Below are positions 32,619 to 43,062 of a DNA stretch of 64,000 nt, in pieces. The stretch spans positions 11,818-75,817 of the forward strand of contig NZ_JACHHP010000005.1 of NCBI RefSeq assembly GCF_014202825.1. Direction: 5' to 3'. Position numbers and translations under genes: made by a program. Within the stretch, counting starts at the first letter, position 1; each line of letters starts with the position of its first letter. The DNA comes from Chiayiivirga flava (GTDB lineage Bacteria > Pseudomonadota > Gammaproteobacteria > Xanthomonadales > Xanthomonadaceae). The notes beneath the pieces were generated by a model. It saw nothing but the letters and a program-made list of their open reading frames with translations. It did no database searches and was not told where the DNA came from.

Positions 32619-33839
32619 ATGGACACGAACAACTACGAGTTGCTGCATGCGGAAGGTTCGCGCACACCGATCAAGGGCTGGGTGCGGGGCGTGCCGCTGG
32701 AAGCCGAAGCCCACCAGCAATTGCGCAACATCGCGGACATCCCGTTCGTGGGCCCGTGGGTGGCGGTGATGCCGGACGTGCATCTAGGCAAGGGTGCGAC
32801 CGTGGGCTCGGTGATCCCGACGCGCGGCGCGATCATCCCGGCCGCGGTCGGCGTCGACATCGGCTGCGGCATGGCGGCGGTGCGCACCACGCTGCGCGCG
32901 GACGACCTGCCGGACAGCCTCGCGCAGCTGCGTTCTAGCATCGAACGCGGCGTGCCGGTGGGCAATGGCCGCTTCGGCGAGCACCACAAGATTCCCGACA
33001 GCATCGAGACGCGTGTTGCGCAGTCCGGGCTGGTGCAGCGCCTCGATGCGATCAAGGCGAAGCATCGGAAGATCCGCACCGACAAGCTCGATCGCCAGAT
33101 CGGCACGCTCGGCGGCGGCAACCACTTCATCGAGCTCTGCCTCGACGAGAGCGATGCCGTGTGGGTGATGCTGCACTCGGGCTCGCGCGGGACGGGCAAC
33201 CTCATCGGCACGTATTTCATCGAACGTGCGCGCGAGGAACTCGGCCGGCGCGTGCTCGGTTTCCAACTGCCGGACAAGGACCTCGCGTTCTTCCTCGAGG
33301 GCGAGCCGCTGTTCGACGACTACGTCGAGGCGGTGTCGTGGGCGCAAGACTACGCGCGCCACAACCGCGAGGCGATGATGGCGCGCGTGCTGCACGACAT
33401 GCGCCAGCGCTTGCCGAAGTTCCAGCTCACGCAGATGGCGGTGAACTGCCACCACAACTACGTCAACCGCGAAACGCATGGTGGCGAATCGCTGCTCGTC
33501 ACGCGCAAGGGCGCGGTGAGTGCGCGTGAAGGCGAACTCGGCATGATTCCGGGCAGCATGGGCACGCGCAGCTACATCGTGCGTGGCCTCGGCAACGCGG
33601 ACAGCTTCCACAGCTGCAGCCACGGTGCCGGACGCGTGATGAGCCGCACGCGGGCGCGGCAGGAGATCACGCTGGCGCAGCATCGCGAGGCCACCGCGCA
33701 CTTGGAGTGCCGCAAGGATGCCTCGGTGGTCGACGAATCGCCGGCCGCGTACAAGCCGATCGAGGCGGTGATGGCGGCGCAGCAGGATCTGGTGGAGATC
33801 GTGCATACGCTGCGGCAAGTGGTGTGCATCAAGGGGTGA
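32619..33839 (+). CDS. rtcB: RNA-splicing ligase RtcB (3'-phosphate/5'-hydroxyl RNA ligase)
   Basis: 406 aa: MDTNNYELLHAEGSRTPIKGWVRGVPLEAEA...GGGNHFIELC...NCHHNYV...SCSHGAGR, with all the conserved metal and GMP-His motifs. No rtcA or rtcR is adjacent. Confidence 0.9.
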   Translation: MDTNNYELLHAEGSRTPIKGWVRGVPLEAEAHQQLRNIADIPFVGPWVAVMPDVHLGKGATVGSVIPTRGAIIPAAVGVDIGCGMAAVRTTLRADDLPDSLAQLRSSIERGVPVGNGRFGEHHKIPDSIETRVAQSGLVQRLDAIKAKHRKIRTDKLDRQIGTLGGGNHFIELCLDESDAVWVMLHSGSRGTGNLIGTYFIERAREELGRRVLGFQLPDKDLAFFLEGEPLFDDYVEAVSWAQDYARHNREAMMARVLHDMRQRLPKFQLTQMAVNCHHNYVNRETHGGESLLVTRKGAVSAREGELGMIPGSMGTRSYIVRGLGNADSFHSCSHGAGRVMSRTRARQEITLAQHREATAHLECRKDASVVDESPAAYKPIEAVMAAQQDLVEIVHTLRQVVCIKG

Positions 33840-33904
33840 TGCTTCGAACCGGGCGCCCAACACCGGCGCCCGTGTCCATCCTCGACACCGTCACATGAAA
33901 CCTT

Positions 33905-34087
33905 CCTTCTCCCCGCGGGAGAAGGGTGAGGCGGCTACCGCCGGCCGAACGGCAGGGCGGATGAGGGACGGACGCCCCGGTCTGACCGAACATTCCCGAA
34001 GCAGAAAACCCGCTTCGAACAGACCCTCGGGCGCATGCCAGGCCCGTCCCTCATCCGCCTTCGGCACCTTCTCCCGCGGGGAGAAGG
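33905..34087. repeat. Family-C MITE-like element C2
   Basis: Termini ccttctccccgcgggagaagg and ccttctcccgcggggagaagg, with the same subterminal ggcggctaccgccggccgaacg...agggcggatgagggacgg and cccgtccctcatccg as C1. The core differs. Confidence 0.6.
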
Positions 34088-34134
34088 AACATCATTGGGC
34101 GCCCGGCACCTTTTTCTTCGGTAAAGGAGCTGCG

Positions 34135-37100
34135 TCAGCGCTCCAGCCGGTAATTCAACGCAGCACGGTTCTCGGTGCCCGAGTCGATCTGCACGCTCCA
34201 CAGCCGGCTCAGGATGTATTTGAAGGTCACCACCTGGCCGCTGCCGAACAGCGCCACGCCGTAGCTTACGTACAGCCGCGGCGAGAGGAACTTGCCGACC
34301 GTCAGCGCGGCGCCGCCGAGTGCGCGGTTGTCGGCCACGCCCACTTCATCCAGGCCCATGCGCGCGCCGAGCCGCTTGGCGAGGAAGTTGCCGCCGAACG
34401 CCGCCGCGGCCTGGCTCAGCTGGGCGCCGTCGGCCTGGGAGGCCGAGCGCAGCGGGCGACCGAGCACCAGATACGACAATTGCTCGGCCTGCTCCATCGA
34501 CGGCTCCGACCACAGCGTGAGTTCCGGCGCCAGCGCGGTGCCGCGCACCTGCACGCCGACGGTCACCTCGTCGATCTTGCGCTCGGCGCGCAGGTCGATG
34601 GCGGGGTTGTCGATCGGCGTCGATGCGAACGAAAGGCGGCCGCGCGTGATCGTGAGGTCCTGGCCGTACGCCTTGTAGGCGCCGCCGACCTGGATCGCGC
34701 CGGCGCCGAGCGTCGCGCGCCCCGGCCGGTCGCGCACGGCGAGCTGGCCGTCGAGCTTGCTCTTCAAGCCGAAGCCGTTGAGGCGCACGTCGTCGCCCAG
34801 CACGATGCTGATGTCGCTGTCGAGGCCGAGCCCGGCGCCTTCGTCGGTCTGCGCGTCGATCACCACGACGTCCGACGACGCCTTGGTGGTGCCCTGCAAC
34901 TGTTCCAGATCGATGCGCGCAAACGGCACCGTCACCGTGCCGCGCAGCCTGAGCTGTTCGTTGGCCAGGACGATGGTTAGATCGGGCGACACCCGTGCCT
35001 CTGCCTCGGGAATCTTGACGATGGTGAGATTCTCGCCCTGCAGCGCAACACGCACCGTTTCTTCCGCGCCGGCGTTGCCGTCCACGCGCCCTTCGATGCG
35101 CAGCGTGCCGTCGCCCGACTTCACCGTGCCGGCCAGCGTGGCTGCGCGCGCACCGGCGCTGGTCAACACGAGTTCGCCGTCGCTCAGCAGCAGGCCGGCG
35201 GCAGGCACTTCGCCGCTGAACCCTGCGACGCTGGCACGGCCTTCGATCTGCGGCGACGCACGCGTGCCGGCGATGGCGACGTTGGCATCGAGCGTGCCGG
35301 ACGGCGCCACCACCTGGTCGGTGACAAGCTCGAGCACGGTGAGATCCGGCAGCGACAGGGTGAGATTGCCGTCGAGCGCGCCGTCGTCGGCCAGCGGCGT
35401 GGCCGTGGTCAGGCGTGCGTCGATGCGGCCGCCGTTGCCGACGCCGCCGGTGACGGTGGCGACGAGTTGTTGCGGGTCGAGCGTGGCGCGCAGTTGCAGG
35501 TTCTGCAGATCGATCAGTTCGCGTTCGGACTCGGCGTCCATGCGCACGCCGGCGCGTGCGATGTCGAGTTGTGCGGTGGCATCGATGTCGCCGTTCGCCG
35601 CACGCGTGGCGCGGGCGGTGGCATTCACTTCGCCGAATGCCGCGACCGGGTGTCCGAGCGCGTCGGCGAGGAACGGATCGAGGTCCGACAGCGGAAACGC
35701 CTGCAGCGAAAGATCGGCGTTGCCACCCGCGCCGTGCCAGTCGGCCGACACGCACAGCGCCGACGGCTCGGACGCAAGACACGCCTGCGTGACGCGAATG
35801 GCGCCGTCGCCGCTGTCGTAGGCGATCTCGGCCGGCGCGCGCAGGCGCCAAGGCGAGCGTTCGGCCGGCTCCAGCGTCAGCGCATTCAGCAGGCCGCGCC
35901 AGCGCGCGCCACCCCCGTCGGGCGCGATCAGGCCGCCCGCGAGCTCCACGCTGGCGCGCGCGGGTTCGCCGTCGAGCGCAAGCGTCAGCGTGTGGCGCTC
36001 GCGCGTGCCTTCGCCCGAGAGCGACAGCGTGGCGAAGGTCTGGCCAGCGGCGTCCAGCCCCACCGCTTCGACGCTGAAGCTGCCGCGCTGCAAGGCGTCG
36101 ATGCGGGCACGCACATCGGCGCTCGCCGCCGTAATGTCGGCGATGACGAGGTCGGTGACGGCCAGATCGGTGACCAGCGTCGGTGCGTCCTGCGTGCCGC
36201 TGGCGGTGAACGTGCCTTCGATGCGGCCGCGCGCGTCGGGCAGCACGTCGGAGAGATTGAGCGGCAACAGCTCGAGGTCGGCGGCGATGCGTTCGCCCCA
36301 GCGGCCGTTGCCGCGGATGCGCGACTGCCCGATGCGCAGGTCGGCCTTGCCTTCGCCGCTGCCATCGGGCTGCAGCGTGGCGTCGAGCGTGCCGGCGAGC
36401 GCGCGTCCGCGCAGCGTGCCGCCGAGTGTCGCTACCTGCAGCGTGGCCGCCGGGCCGGCGTCTTCGAGGCGACCTTCGCTGCGCAGCGTGGCGTCGATGG
36501 CGCCGGGAAAATCGGCAACGAACCACGCGGGATCGAAGTCGCGCAGTTCGGCGTCGAGCGTCCACGCCACCTGCGGCGCCCACGCCACGGAGCCGTTCGC
36601 GGCGAGGCCGCCGCCGGGCATCGTCACGTCCAGCGATTCGAACGCGATGCGTTCCTGCGTGCCGCGGCCGCGCAAGGCGATCGTCGCGGCGTCATCGCCA
36701 CGCGCAAGATCGCCGTCGAGCGTGACCGCATAGTCGGCGAGCGGGCCGTCGACGCGCGCACTGCCGCCGGTGCGCACGACGGCCTCGGGCGTGTCGGCCG
36801 GCAGCGTGATGTCGCGCCAGACAAGGTCGAGTGCGACGCTCGGGGCAGTGCTGCGCACGTCGACCGTGCCCTGCGCAGCGACGCTGCCGGACAGCAGCTC
36901 CAGCGACAGCGGCGCCAGCTCGGCCACACCGCCGGCATATCCCACGGTCGACGGCGCAATGCGCAACGCCTGCATTCCTTGTGCGACATCACCCTCGATC
37001 TGCACCCGCTGCAGCGTGCCGTCGGCGCGCAGGTTGGCCGACACCGGCTCGCCGTCGAGGCCGAGATAGGCCGCGTCGATCTCCGGTGCGACCACGCGCA

Positions 37101-37920
37101 GCGCGAACTGCGGCGACGGCAGGCCGCCGGTGAGGCGCAGGTCGACGGTCGCCGGCTGCGGCACGTCGCCGCGCGCGCTCAGGTGCAGATCCGAGAGGTC
37201 GCCGCGCAGCGTGATCGCCAACGGCAGCGGATCCGCGTCCGCGCGCGGCAGCGTGATGGTGGCATCGAGCGTGCTGGCCCAGCCGCGCTCGCTGTCGAAA
37301 TCGCCGCGCGCGTCGATGCCGAGCCTGTCGCTGTCGAGGATGAGCGACTGCAGCGCGAGGCGTCCCTGTTCGAGCGCGCCCTGCAGTTGCAGGCGGGCGA
37401 TATCGAGCAGGGTCACGTCGGCCTGTTCGACGCGCAGGCGTCGCACGTCGAGCGCCTCCACCGTCACGGCCAGCGGCAGGTCGAGGGTCGGCAGGGATTC
37501 GGGGAGGACGAGGTCGTACGACGGCGTCGTCTCGTCGGCCGACGGCGCCAGCACCACGCGGCCGTCCTCCAGTGTCAATTGTTCGATCACCAGACGCCGG
37601 CCGACCAGCGCACGCGGCGACAGATCCAGCGTGACGCGGCGCAGCTCCACCAGCAGGCCGTCGTCCTGCCTGTAGCGCACGTCGTGCAGCACCAGCGGCC
37701 CGGCCACGCTGCCTTCCGCCACGCCGTATTGCAGCGCGCCGTCGGGCAGCGTCGCCGCCACGCGCGCAAGCAGGAAATCGCGCCCACTGCCGCTGCCGAG
37801 CAACCACCACAGCAGCAGCACGCCGAGCAGCACCAGCAGCACGATCGCGCCGCCGAGCCACGCCAGCACGCGCGGCCAGCGCGCGCGACGCGGTGCGGCG
37901 ATCTGCGCCGGCGTACTCAC
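34135..37920 (-). CDS. tamB: Translocation and assembly module subunit TamB (DUF490)
   Basis: GTG start overlaps the tamA stop as GTGA. N-terminal TM helix AWLGGAIVLLVLLGVLLLWWLL, then a long beta-rich region. C-terminal LSPRLYVSYGVALFGSGQVVTFKYILSRLWSVQIDSG is the DUF490 signature. Confidence 0.8.
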   Translation of the reverse strand: MSTPAQIAAPRRARWPRVLAWLGGAIVLLVLLGVLLLWWLLGSGSGRDFLLARVAATLPDGALQYGVAEGSVAGPLVLHDVRYRQDDGLLVELRRVTLDLSPRALVGRRLVIEQLTLEDGRVVLAPSADETTPSYDLVLPESLPTLDLPLAVTVEALDVRRLRVEQADVTLLDIARLQLQGALEQGRLALQSLILDSDRLGIDARGDFDSERGWASTLDATITLPRADADPLPLAITLRGDLSDLHLSARGDVPQPATVDLRLTGGLPSPQFALRVVAPEIDAAYLGLDGEPVSANLRADGTLQRVQIEGDVAQGMQALRIAPSTVGYAGGVAELAPLSLELLSGSVAAQGTVDVRSTAPSVALDLVWRDITLPADTPEAVVRTGGSARVDGPLADYAVTLDGDLARGDDAATIALRGRGTQERIAFESLDVTMPGGGLAANGSVAWAPQVAWTLDAELRDFDPAWFVADFPGAIDATLRSEGRLEDAGPAATLQVATLGGTLRGRALAGTLDATLQPDGSGEGKADLRIGQSRIRGNGRWGERIAADLELLPLNLSDVLPDARGRIEGTFTASGTQDAPTLVTDLAVTDLVIADITAASADVRARIDALQRGSFSVEAVGLDAAGQTFATLSLSGEGTRERHTLTLALDGEPARASVELAGGLIAPDGGGARWRGLLNALTLEPAERSPWRLRAPAEIAYDSGDGAIRVTQACLASEPSALCVSADWHGAGGNADLSLQAFPLSDLDPFLADALGHPVAAFGEVNATARATRAANGDIDATAQLDIARAGVRMDAESERELIDLQNLQLRATLDPQQLVATVTGGVGNGGRIDARLTTATPLADDGALDGNLTLSLPDLTVLELVTDQVVAPSGTLDANVAIAGTRASPQIEGRASVAGFSGEVPAAGLLLSDGELVLTSAGARAATLAGTVKSGDGTLRIEGRVDGNAGAEETVRVALQGENLTIVKIPEAEARVSPDLTIVLANEQLRLRGTVTVPFARIDLEQLQGTTKASSDVVVIDAQTDEGAGLGLDSDISIVLGDDVRLNGFGLKSKLDGQLAVRDRPGRATLGAGAIQVGGAYKAYGQDLTITRGRLSFASTPIDNPAIDLRAERKIDEVTVGVQVRGTALAPELTLWSEPSMEQAEQLSYLVLGRPLRSASQADGAQLSQAAAAFGGNFLAKRLGARMGLDEVGVADNRALGGAALTVGKFLSPRLYVSYGVALFGSGQVVTFKYILSRLWSVQIDSGTENRAALNYRLER

Positions 37921-39722
37921 AGATCCGGCCCGATGTTGATATGGATCTGGAACGCGTCCTGCGGATCCTTGAGCCCGCGCGCCAGATCGAAACGCACCAG
38001 CCCCACCGGCGACCGCCAGCGCACGCCGATGCCGGCGCCGACGTACGCACCCTCGTTGACATCGTTGAAGGCGTTGCCCGCATCGACGAACACCGCGCCG
38101 CCCCAGCTGCGGCTGAACATGCGTTCGTATTCGGCGCTGCCGACCAGCAGATTCTTGCCGCCGGTTGCGATGTCGTCGGTGCGCGGCCCCACTTCCTGAT
38201 AGCCATAACCGCGGATGCTGCGGTCGCCGCCAGCGAAGAACCGCAGCGACGGCGGCAGCTCGTCGAACTCGTCGGTCAGCGTGCGCCCGATCTGGCCGCG
38301 GAACAGGACGCGGTTGCGCGGCCCGATGCTGCGGATCAGCTTCGCATCGACGACAAACTGGGCAAAATTCGTCTCCGATCCCAGCGCCGATGCACCGGTC
38401 TTGAACTCGCCGCGCAACGAGAAGCCGCGCGTCGGATACAACGCATCGTCGGCCACCACGCGCTGCGCCGAGAGCGCCGGATAGACCAGCCTGCTCTCGC
38501 CGCGGATGCGGTCCGCTTCGGGTTGGTCCAGGCCCAGCACGAAGTCCTCGTTGCGCGCGTGCAGCGCCACGCCGAGCTGCCAGCCGCGGTACGTGCCGGT
38601 GCGCGAGGCGACGAGCTCGGAGATGCGCGACTTGGTCACGTCGCTTTCCTCGTCGCGCCGATTCGCGCCGAACGCGTACCAGCCCTCGGCCCACGCGAAC
38701 GCGGGGATGCGGTATTCCACGCCGAAACTGCGGCGCCGCTGCGCCACGTCGAGATTGGCTTCGAGCTTGTGGCCGCGGTCGTTGACCCAGCGCCGCTCCA
38801 GGCCCAGCTCGATGCCGGCGCCCGAGTCGGTGCCGAAGTTCACGCCGGCGGTGTAGACGCTGCGCTTGCCCGGCGTCAGCGACACCGCGATCGGCACCCG
38901 GTCGCCCTCTGCGTTCTCGAGGTCGGGGCGCACGTCGATGTAGCCGAAATAATCGAAATCGGTCAGGCGCTGGTGCAGCTTGAGCAGCGCGTCCTGGTGG
39001 TAGTACTCGCCGTCGTCGTACGGCACGGCCTGTTCGATCAGCGCGGTGTGGATCTGCGAGCCGGTGAAGGTGGTCTTGCCGAAGCGGTAGCGCGCACCGC
39101 TGTCCCAGGTGAGCCTGATCGCGGCCTCGCGCAGCTGACGCGAAACTTCGACACGATGCTGCTGCAGCTCGGCATCGAAATACCCGCGTTCGAGCAGGCG
39201 CCGCTGCACGGCGAGCTTGCTTGCCTCGTAGCGGCGGTGATCGAAGGTCTGGCCGATGCGCGGACGGAAGCGCTCGATCGGCCGCTGCACCTCGTTGTCG
39301 CCCTGCGCGGCGCCGTTCATTTCGATGGCGGTCTCGCGCAGGATCACCGGCTCGCCGAGCACCACGTTGACGGTCACGGTGATGCCGCCGTCGGCGCGCA
39401 CCACGTCGGTGTCGACCTGGGCGTCGTAGTAGCCGTACGGCTCCACCGCCAGCCGCGCTTCGTCCGGCGCCTGTCGCAGCAGGTACGACAGGCGCGCCTC
39501 GCTGAGATTCGCGCGATCGGCGTCCGACAGGCGATTGAGCGACAGCGACCCGATGATGTTGGTGCGCTCGTCGCCGTCCACGCCCGTGACATTCACCCCA
39601 CGCAGCGCCTCCGCCCACGTCGGCGTGGCGACCAGCAGCAGCCAGAGCGCGGTGGCGATGGGCGGGGCACGACGTGCGATCACGCGATCCTTGCGGGTGT
39701 GCGGCAACGGGCGCCCCAGCAT
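37917..39722 (-). CDS. tamA: Translocation and assembly module outer-membrane protein TamA (Omp85/BamA family)
   Basis: 601 aa from MLGRPLPHTRKD...ATALWLLLVATPTWAEA (signal peptide). POTRA region followed by a beta-barrel that ends VGLVRFDLARGLKDPQDAFQIHINIGPDL. Everything upstream in the 1809-aa track ORF is rejected. Confidence 0.8.
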   Translation of the reverse strand: MLGRPLPHTRKDRVIARRAPPIATALWLLLVATPTWAEALRGVNVTGVDGDERTNIIGSLSLNRLSDADRANLSEARLSYLLRQAPDEARLAVEPYGYYDAQVDTDVVRADGGITVTVNVVLGEPVILRETAIEMNGAAQGDNEVQRPIERFRPRIGQTFDHRRYEASKLAVQRRLLERGYFDAELQQHRVEVSRQLREAAIRLTWDSGARYRFGKTTFTGSQIHTALIEQAVPYDDGEYYHQDALLKLHQRLTDFDYFGYIDVRPDLENAEGDRVPIAVSLTPGKRSVYTAGVNFGTDSGAGIELGLERRWVNDRGHKLEANLDVAQRRRSFGVEYRIPAFAWAEGWYAFGANRRDEESDVTKSRISELVASRTGTYRGWQLGVALHARNEDFVLGLDQPEADRIRGESRLVYPALSAQRVVADDALYPTRGFSLRGEFKTGASALGSETNFAQFVVDAKLIRSIGPRNRVLFRGQIGRTLTDEFDELPPSLRFFAGGDRSIRGYGYQEVGPRTDDIATGGKNLLVGSAEYERMFSRSWGGAVFVDAGNAFNDVNEGAYVGAGIGVRWRSPVGLVRFDLARGLKDPQDAFQIHINIGPDL

Positions 39723-39866
39723 ACCGGCAGAACACCGACTGGAGGCGTGCAGGTTGCAACGCAGCGCGCCGCGAGGAACGTTCTCATTCGCGCCGGCGCG
39801 GTTGCTTTCCACGATCCGGCCAGCGTGGGTGCTGCCGATCGCCGCATTGCACAAATCAACGGCTGC

Positions 39867-39896
39867 GAATAAGATTGATTCTTGTTTACACAAGAA
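39867..39896 (+). promoter_or_regulatory. AT-rich operator-like palindrome upstream of the TonB-dependent receptor
   Basis: gaataagattgattc, then the perfect 7-4-7 inverted repeat TTCTTGT-ttac-ACAAGAA (39879-39896). It lies about 60 bp upstream of the receptor ATG. AT-rich and Fur-box-like, but not a canonical 19-mer. Confidence 0.35.
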
Positions 39897-39953
39897 CAGC
39901 CAGCGCATCGACGCGAGCCACTCCCCGGTCCTTACGTTTTCCGAGATCCTGTC

Positions 39954-42254
39954 ATGACATCGTGCACCTCCCTGCCCCGTCCGGCGCTGCTCGCGCTCGC
40001 CGTCTCGTCCGCCCTGTGCCTCATGGCACCGCCGTCGCACGCTGCCGCGGTGGCGGACGCCGGAGCGCCGGCACGCGCCGACGCGCGGACGCTCGACGAG
40101 ATGGTCGTCGAGGGCCGCAGCGTGCCGAAGGCCGCCTCGCCCAAGTACACCCAGCCGCTGCTCGACACGCCGCAGTCCATCACCCAGGTGCCGACCGAAG
40201 TGATCGAAGGCCAGAACCTGCTCGGCCTGCGCGACATCCTCAGCACCCTGCCGGGCATCACCTTCGGCGCCGGCGAAGGCGGCGGCGGCTACGGCGACAG
40301 CATCAACCTGCGCGGTTTCTCGGCCAACAACGACATCACCGTCGACGGCATCCGCGACAGCGCGCAGTACACCCGCAGCGACACCTTCAACCTCGAGACG
40401 GTGGAAGTGATCAACGGCGCGAACTCCGTGAACTCGGGCGCCGGCGCGGTGGGCGGCACGATCAACCTCGTCAGCAAGGTCGCGAACGACCAGGACTTCA
40501 CCCGTGCGCAGCTCGGCGCCGGCACGGACAGTTACGGCCGCGCCACGGTCGATTCCAACACCACCTTCGGCGAGAACAGCGCGTTCCGCATCAACGCGAT
40601 GTGGCACCGGAATGACATCCCCGGCCGCGACGTGGAGGAAAACGAGCGCTGGGGCATTGCGCCGTCGGTGGCGTTCGGCCTCGGCACGGACACCGTCGTG
40701 AGCCTGTCCTACCTGCACCAGGAAGACGACAACATTCCGCAGTACGGCGTGCCGTACTTCCCCGGCATCGGCAATGGCGGCCCGCTGCCCGGCGTCGATC
40801 CGTCGGACTACTTCGGCTACCGCAACATCGACACGCAGGAAATCGAGGTCGACGCGTTCACCGCGAAGATCAACCACAGCTTCAGCGAGAATTTCTCCGT
40901 CTCCAACGTGACGCGGCAGTCGACGACGACGCAGTTCTCGCGTGTGAACCCGCCGCAGGGCACGTGGTGCCTCGATTCGGGCATCAATCCCGCGAACGGA
41001 AGCACCTGCGACGCACCGGGCACGTACCAGCCCAGCGGCCCGCGCGGCAACACGCGCGACTCGGAAAACCAGATCGCGATCAACCAGACCGATTTCCTCT
41101 CGACCTTCCGCACCGGCGGCATCGAGCACGATCTGGTCACCGGTTTCTCGATCTCGCACGAAACCTACGACCTGCGGTCGGGCAGCTCGCTGCGCAACGC
41201 CGACGGCACCACCGTGCCCTACCCGGTGATGGACCTGCACGATCCGGACTCGATCTGGACCGGCCCGGTCAACTTCATCCAGACCGCCAAGCAGGCCGGC
41301 GAACTCGACAACCGCGCCCTGTACGCACTGGACACGATGAAGTTCAGCGACGCGCTGCACCTGAACCTCGGCGTGCGTTACGAGCGCAACGAGGGCACGC
41401 ATCGCAGCGACACCATCGCGATCCCCGCCGACGGCGGCACGGTCACGCCGGGCGTCGAGGCGCAGAACAACGACGACCTGCTGTCCTACCGCGGCGGCCT
41501 GGTCTTCAAGCCGGCCGAGAACGGCACGATCTACCTCTCGTACGGCAACTCCGAAACGCCGTCGAAGGCGTCGGTCAACGGCGCGTGCAGCGCGACCACC
41601 TGCAACGTCGATCCCGAATCGGCCGTCATCACCGAGCTCGGCACCAAGTGGGACCTGTACGACGGCGCGCTGTCGCTCACCGCGGCCGTGTTCCGCAACG
41701 AGCGCGAGAACTACAAGGTGCAGGACAACAACAACCCCGACAATCCGTCGCAGGAACAGCAGCTCGACGGCAGCGCGCGCGTCGACGGCCTGCTGCTCGG
41801 CGCGGTCGGCCGCATCAGCGAAAACTGGTACGTGTACGCCAACTACGCGCGCCTGGAAAGCGAAGTGCTGCAGGGCGTGTCCGACAACGACGCCGCACTC
41901 GGCAGCGACTTCGCGCGCGGCGACCGCCTGACCAACACCCCGGAAGACTCCGCCAGCCTCTGGACCACGTACGACCTTTCGTCGCAGTGGCAGGTGGGGT
42001 ACGGCGTGACCTACCTCGGCAAGGTCTGGCTGACGCAGCACAACGCCGACAACCCCGATGGCCCGCTCGTCACGGCCCCGGGTTACACCGTGCACCGCGC
42101 AATGGTGAACTGGCGCGCGACGCAGCAGCTGTCGCTGCAGCTCAACGCCACCAACCTGTTCGACAAGGAGTACTACACCCGTCCGCGCAACAACGGCTGG
42201 TCGACGCCGGGCGAAGCGCGTTCGGTGGTGCTGACGGCAAGTTATAACTTCTGA
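39954..42254 (+). CDS. TonB-dependent outer-membrane receptor (PiuA/catecholate-siderophore type)
   Basis: Signal MTSCTSLPRPALLALAVSSALCLMAPPSHA, TonB box DEMVVEG, plug domain, and the C-terminal beta-barrel ending YNF. Confidence 0.85.
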   Translation: MTSCTSLPRPALLALAVSSALCLMAPPSHAAAVADAGAPARADARTLDEMVVEGRSVPKAASPKYTQPLLDTPQSITQVPTEVIEGQNLLGLRDILSTLPGITFGAGEGGGGYGDSINLRGFSANNDITVDGIRDSAQYTRSDTFNLETVEVINGANSVNSGAGAVGGTINLVSKVANDQDFTRAQLGAGTDSYGRATVDSNTTFGENSAFRINAMWHRNDIPGRDVEENERWGIAPSVAFGLGTDTVVSLSYLHQEDDNIPQYGVPYFPGIGNGGPLPGVDPSDYFGYRNIDTQEIEVDAFTAKINHSFSENFSVSNVTRQSTTTQFSRVNPPQGTWCLDSGINPANGSTCDAPGTYQPSGPRGNTRDSENQIAINQTDFLSTFRTGGIEHDLVTGFSISHETYDLRSGSSLRNADGTTVPYPVMDLHDPDSIWTGPVNFIQTAKQAGELDNRALYALDTMKFSDALHLNLGVRYERNEGTHRSDTIAIPADGGTVTPGVEAQNNDDLLSYRGGLVFKPAENGTIYLSYGNSETPSKASVNGACSATTCNVDPESAVITELGTKWDLYDGALSLTAAVFRNERENYKVQDNNNPDNPSQEQQLDGSARVDGLLLGAVGRISENWYVYANYARLESEVLQGVSDNDAALGSDFARGDRLTNTPEDSASLWTTYDLSSQWQVGYGVTYLGKVWLTQHNADNPDGPLVTAPGYTVHRAMVNWRATQQLSLQLNATNLFDKEYYTRPRNNGWSTPGEARSVVLTASYNF

Positions 42255-42356
42255 TTTCGCCATCCCACCGGCACGTTGCACAATCGGACCCGGCGCAGGG
42301 ACGCGCCGGGAGCAACACGCCCCATTCACCTTCACCGCCCTATCGCGAGTCCCCCG

Positions 42357-43046
42357 ATGTTGCTGCAGATTCCCGACATCCTGACGCCCAAGCAGGTGGC
42401 CCTGTGCCGCAGCAAGCTCGATGGCGCGGACTGGGCGGACGGACGCATCACCGCCGGCTACCAGTCGGCGAAGACCAAGGACAACCTGCAGCTGCCCGAG
42501 AACTCGCCGGTGGCACGCGAGCTCGGCGCACTGGTGCTCGATGCACTCGCGAAGAATTCCACGTTCTTTTCCGCCGCGCTGCCGCGGCGCATCTACCCGC
42601 CGCTGTTCAACTGCTATCGCGGCGGGCAATCGTTCGGCTTCCACGTCGACAACGCGGTGCGGTACGACCGCAGCGCCGGGCCGCGACCCGAGCCTGTGCG
42701 CACCGATGTTTCCGCCACGCTGTTCCTGAGCGCACCGGACGACTACGACGGCGGCGAACTGATCATCGAAGACACCTTCGGCACGCAACGCGTGAAGCTG
42801 CCGGCCGGGCATATGGTGTTGTACCCCGGCACCAGCCTGCACCAGGTCACGCCGGTGACGCGCGGCGCGCGCATCGCGAGTTTCTTCTGGCTGCAGAGCA
42901 TGCTGCGCGACGACGGACAACGCCGCACGATGTTCGATCTGGATCTCTCGATCCGCCAGCTCACCCAGGCCACGCCCGACCACCCCGCGCTGGTGCGCCT
43001 GACCGGCGTGTACCACAACCTGCTGCGGCGCTGGGCCGACACATGA
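42357..43046 (+). CDS. PKHD-type Fe(II)/2-oxoglutarate-dependent hydroxylase (PiuC/YbiX family)
   Basis: [34 protein letters not shown]...HVDN...[20 protein letters not shown]. HxD...H facial triad present. Confidence 0.8.
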   Translation: MLLQIPDILTPKQVALCRSKLDGADWADGRITAGYQSAKTKDNLQLPENSPVARELGALVLDALAKNSTFFSAALPRRIYPPLFNCYRGGQSFGFHVDNAVRYDRSAGPRPEPVRTDVSATLFLSAPDDYDGGELIIEDTFGTQRVKLPAGHMVLYPGTSLHQVTPVTRGARIASFFWLQSMLRDDGQRRTMFDLDLSIRQLTQATPDHPALVRLTGVYHNLLRRWADT

Positions 43047-43062
43047 CCGCCGTGTCGCCGCA

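Noticed and set aside
34135-39759. 1874-aa minus-strand ORF
   Set aside because: The N-terminal about 610 residues are an out-of-frame read through tamA. TamB starts at the GTG at 37920.
39867-39896. A canonical Fur box upstream of the TonB-dependent receptor
   Set aside because: By-eye alignment to GATAATGATAATCATTATC gives under 50% identity. It is reported only as an AT-rich palindrome, not as a Fur site.
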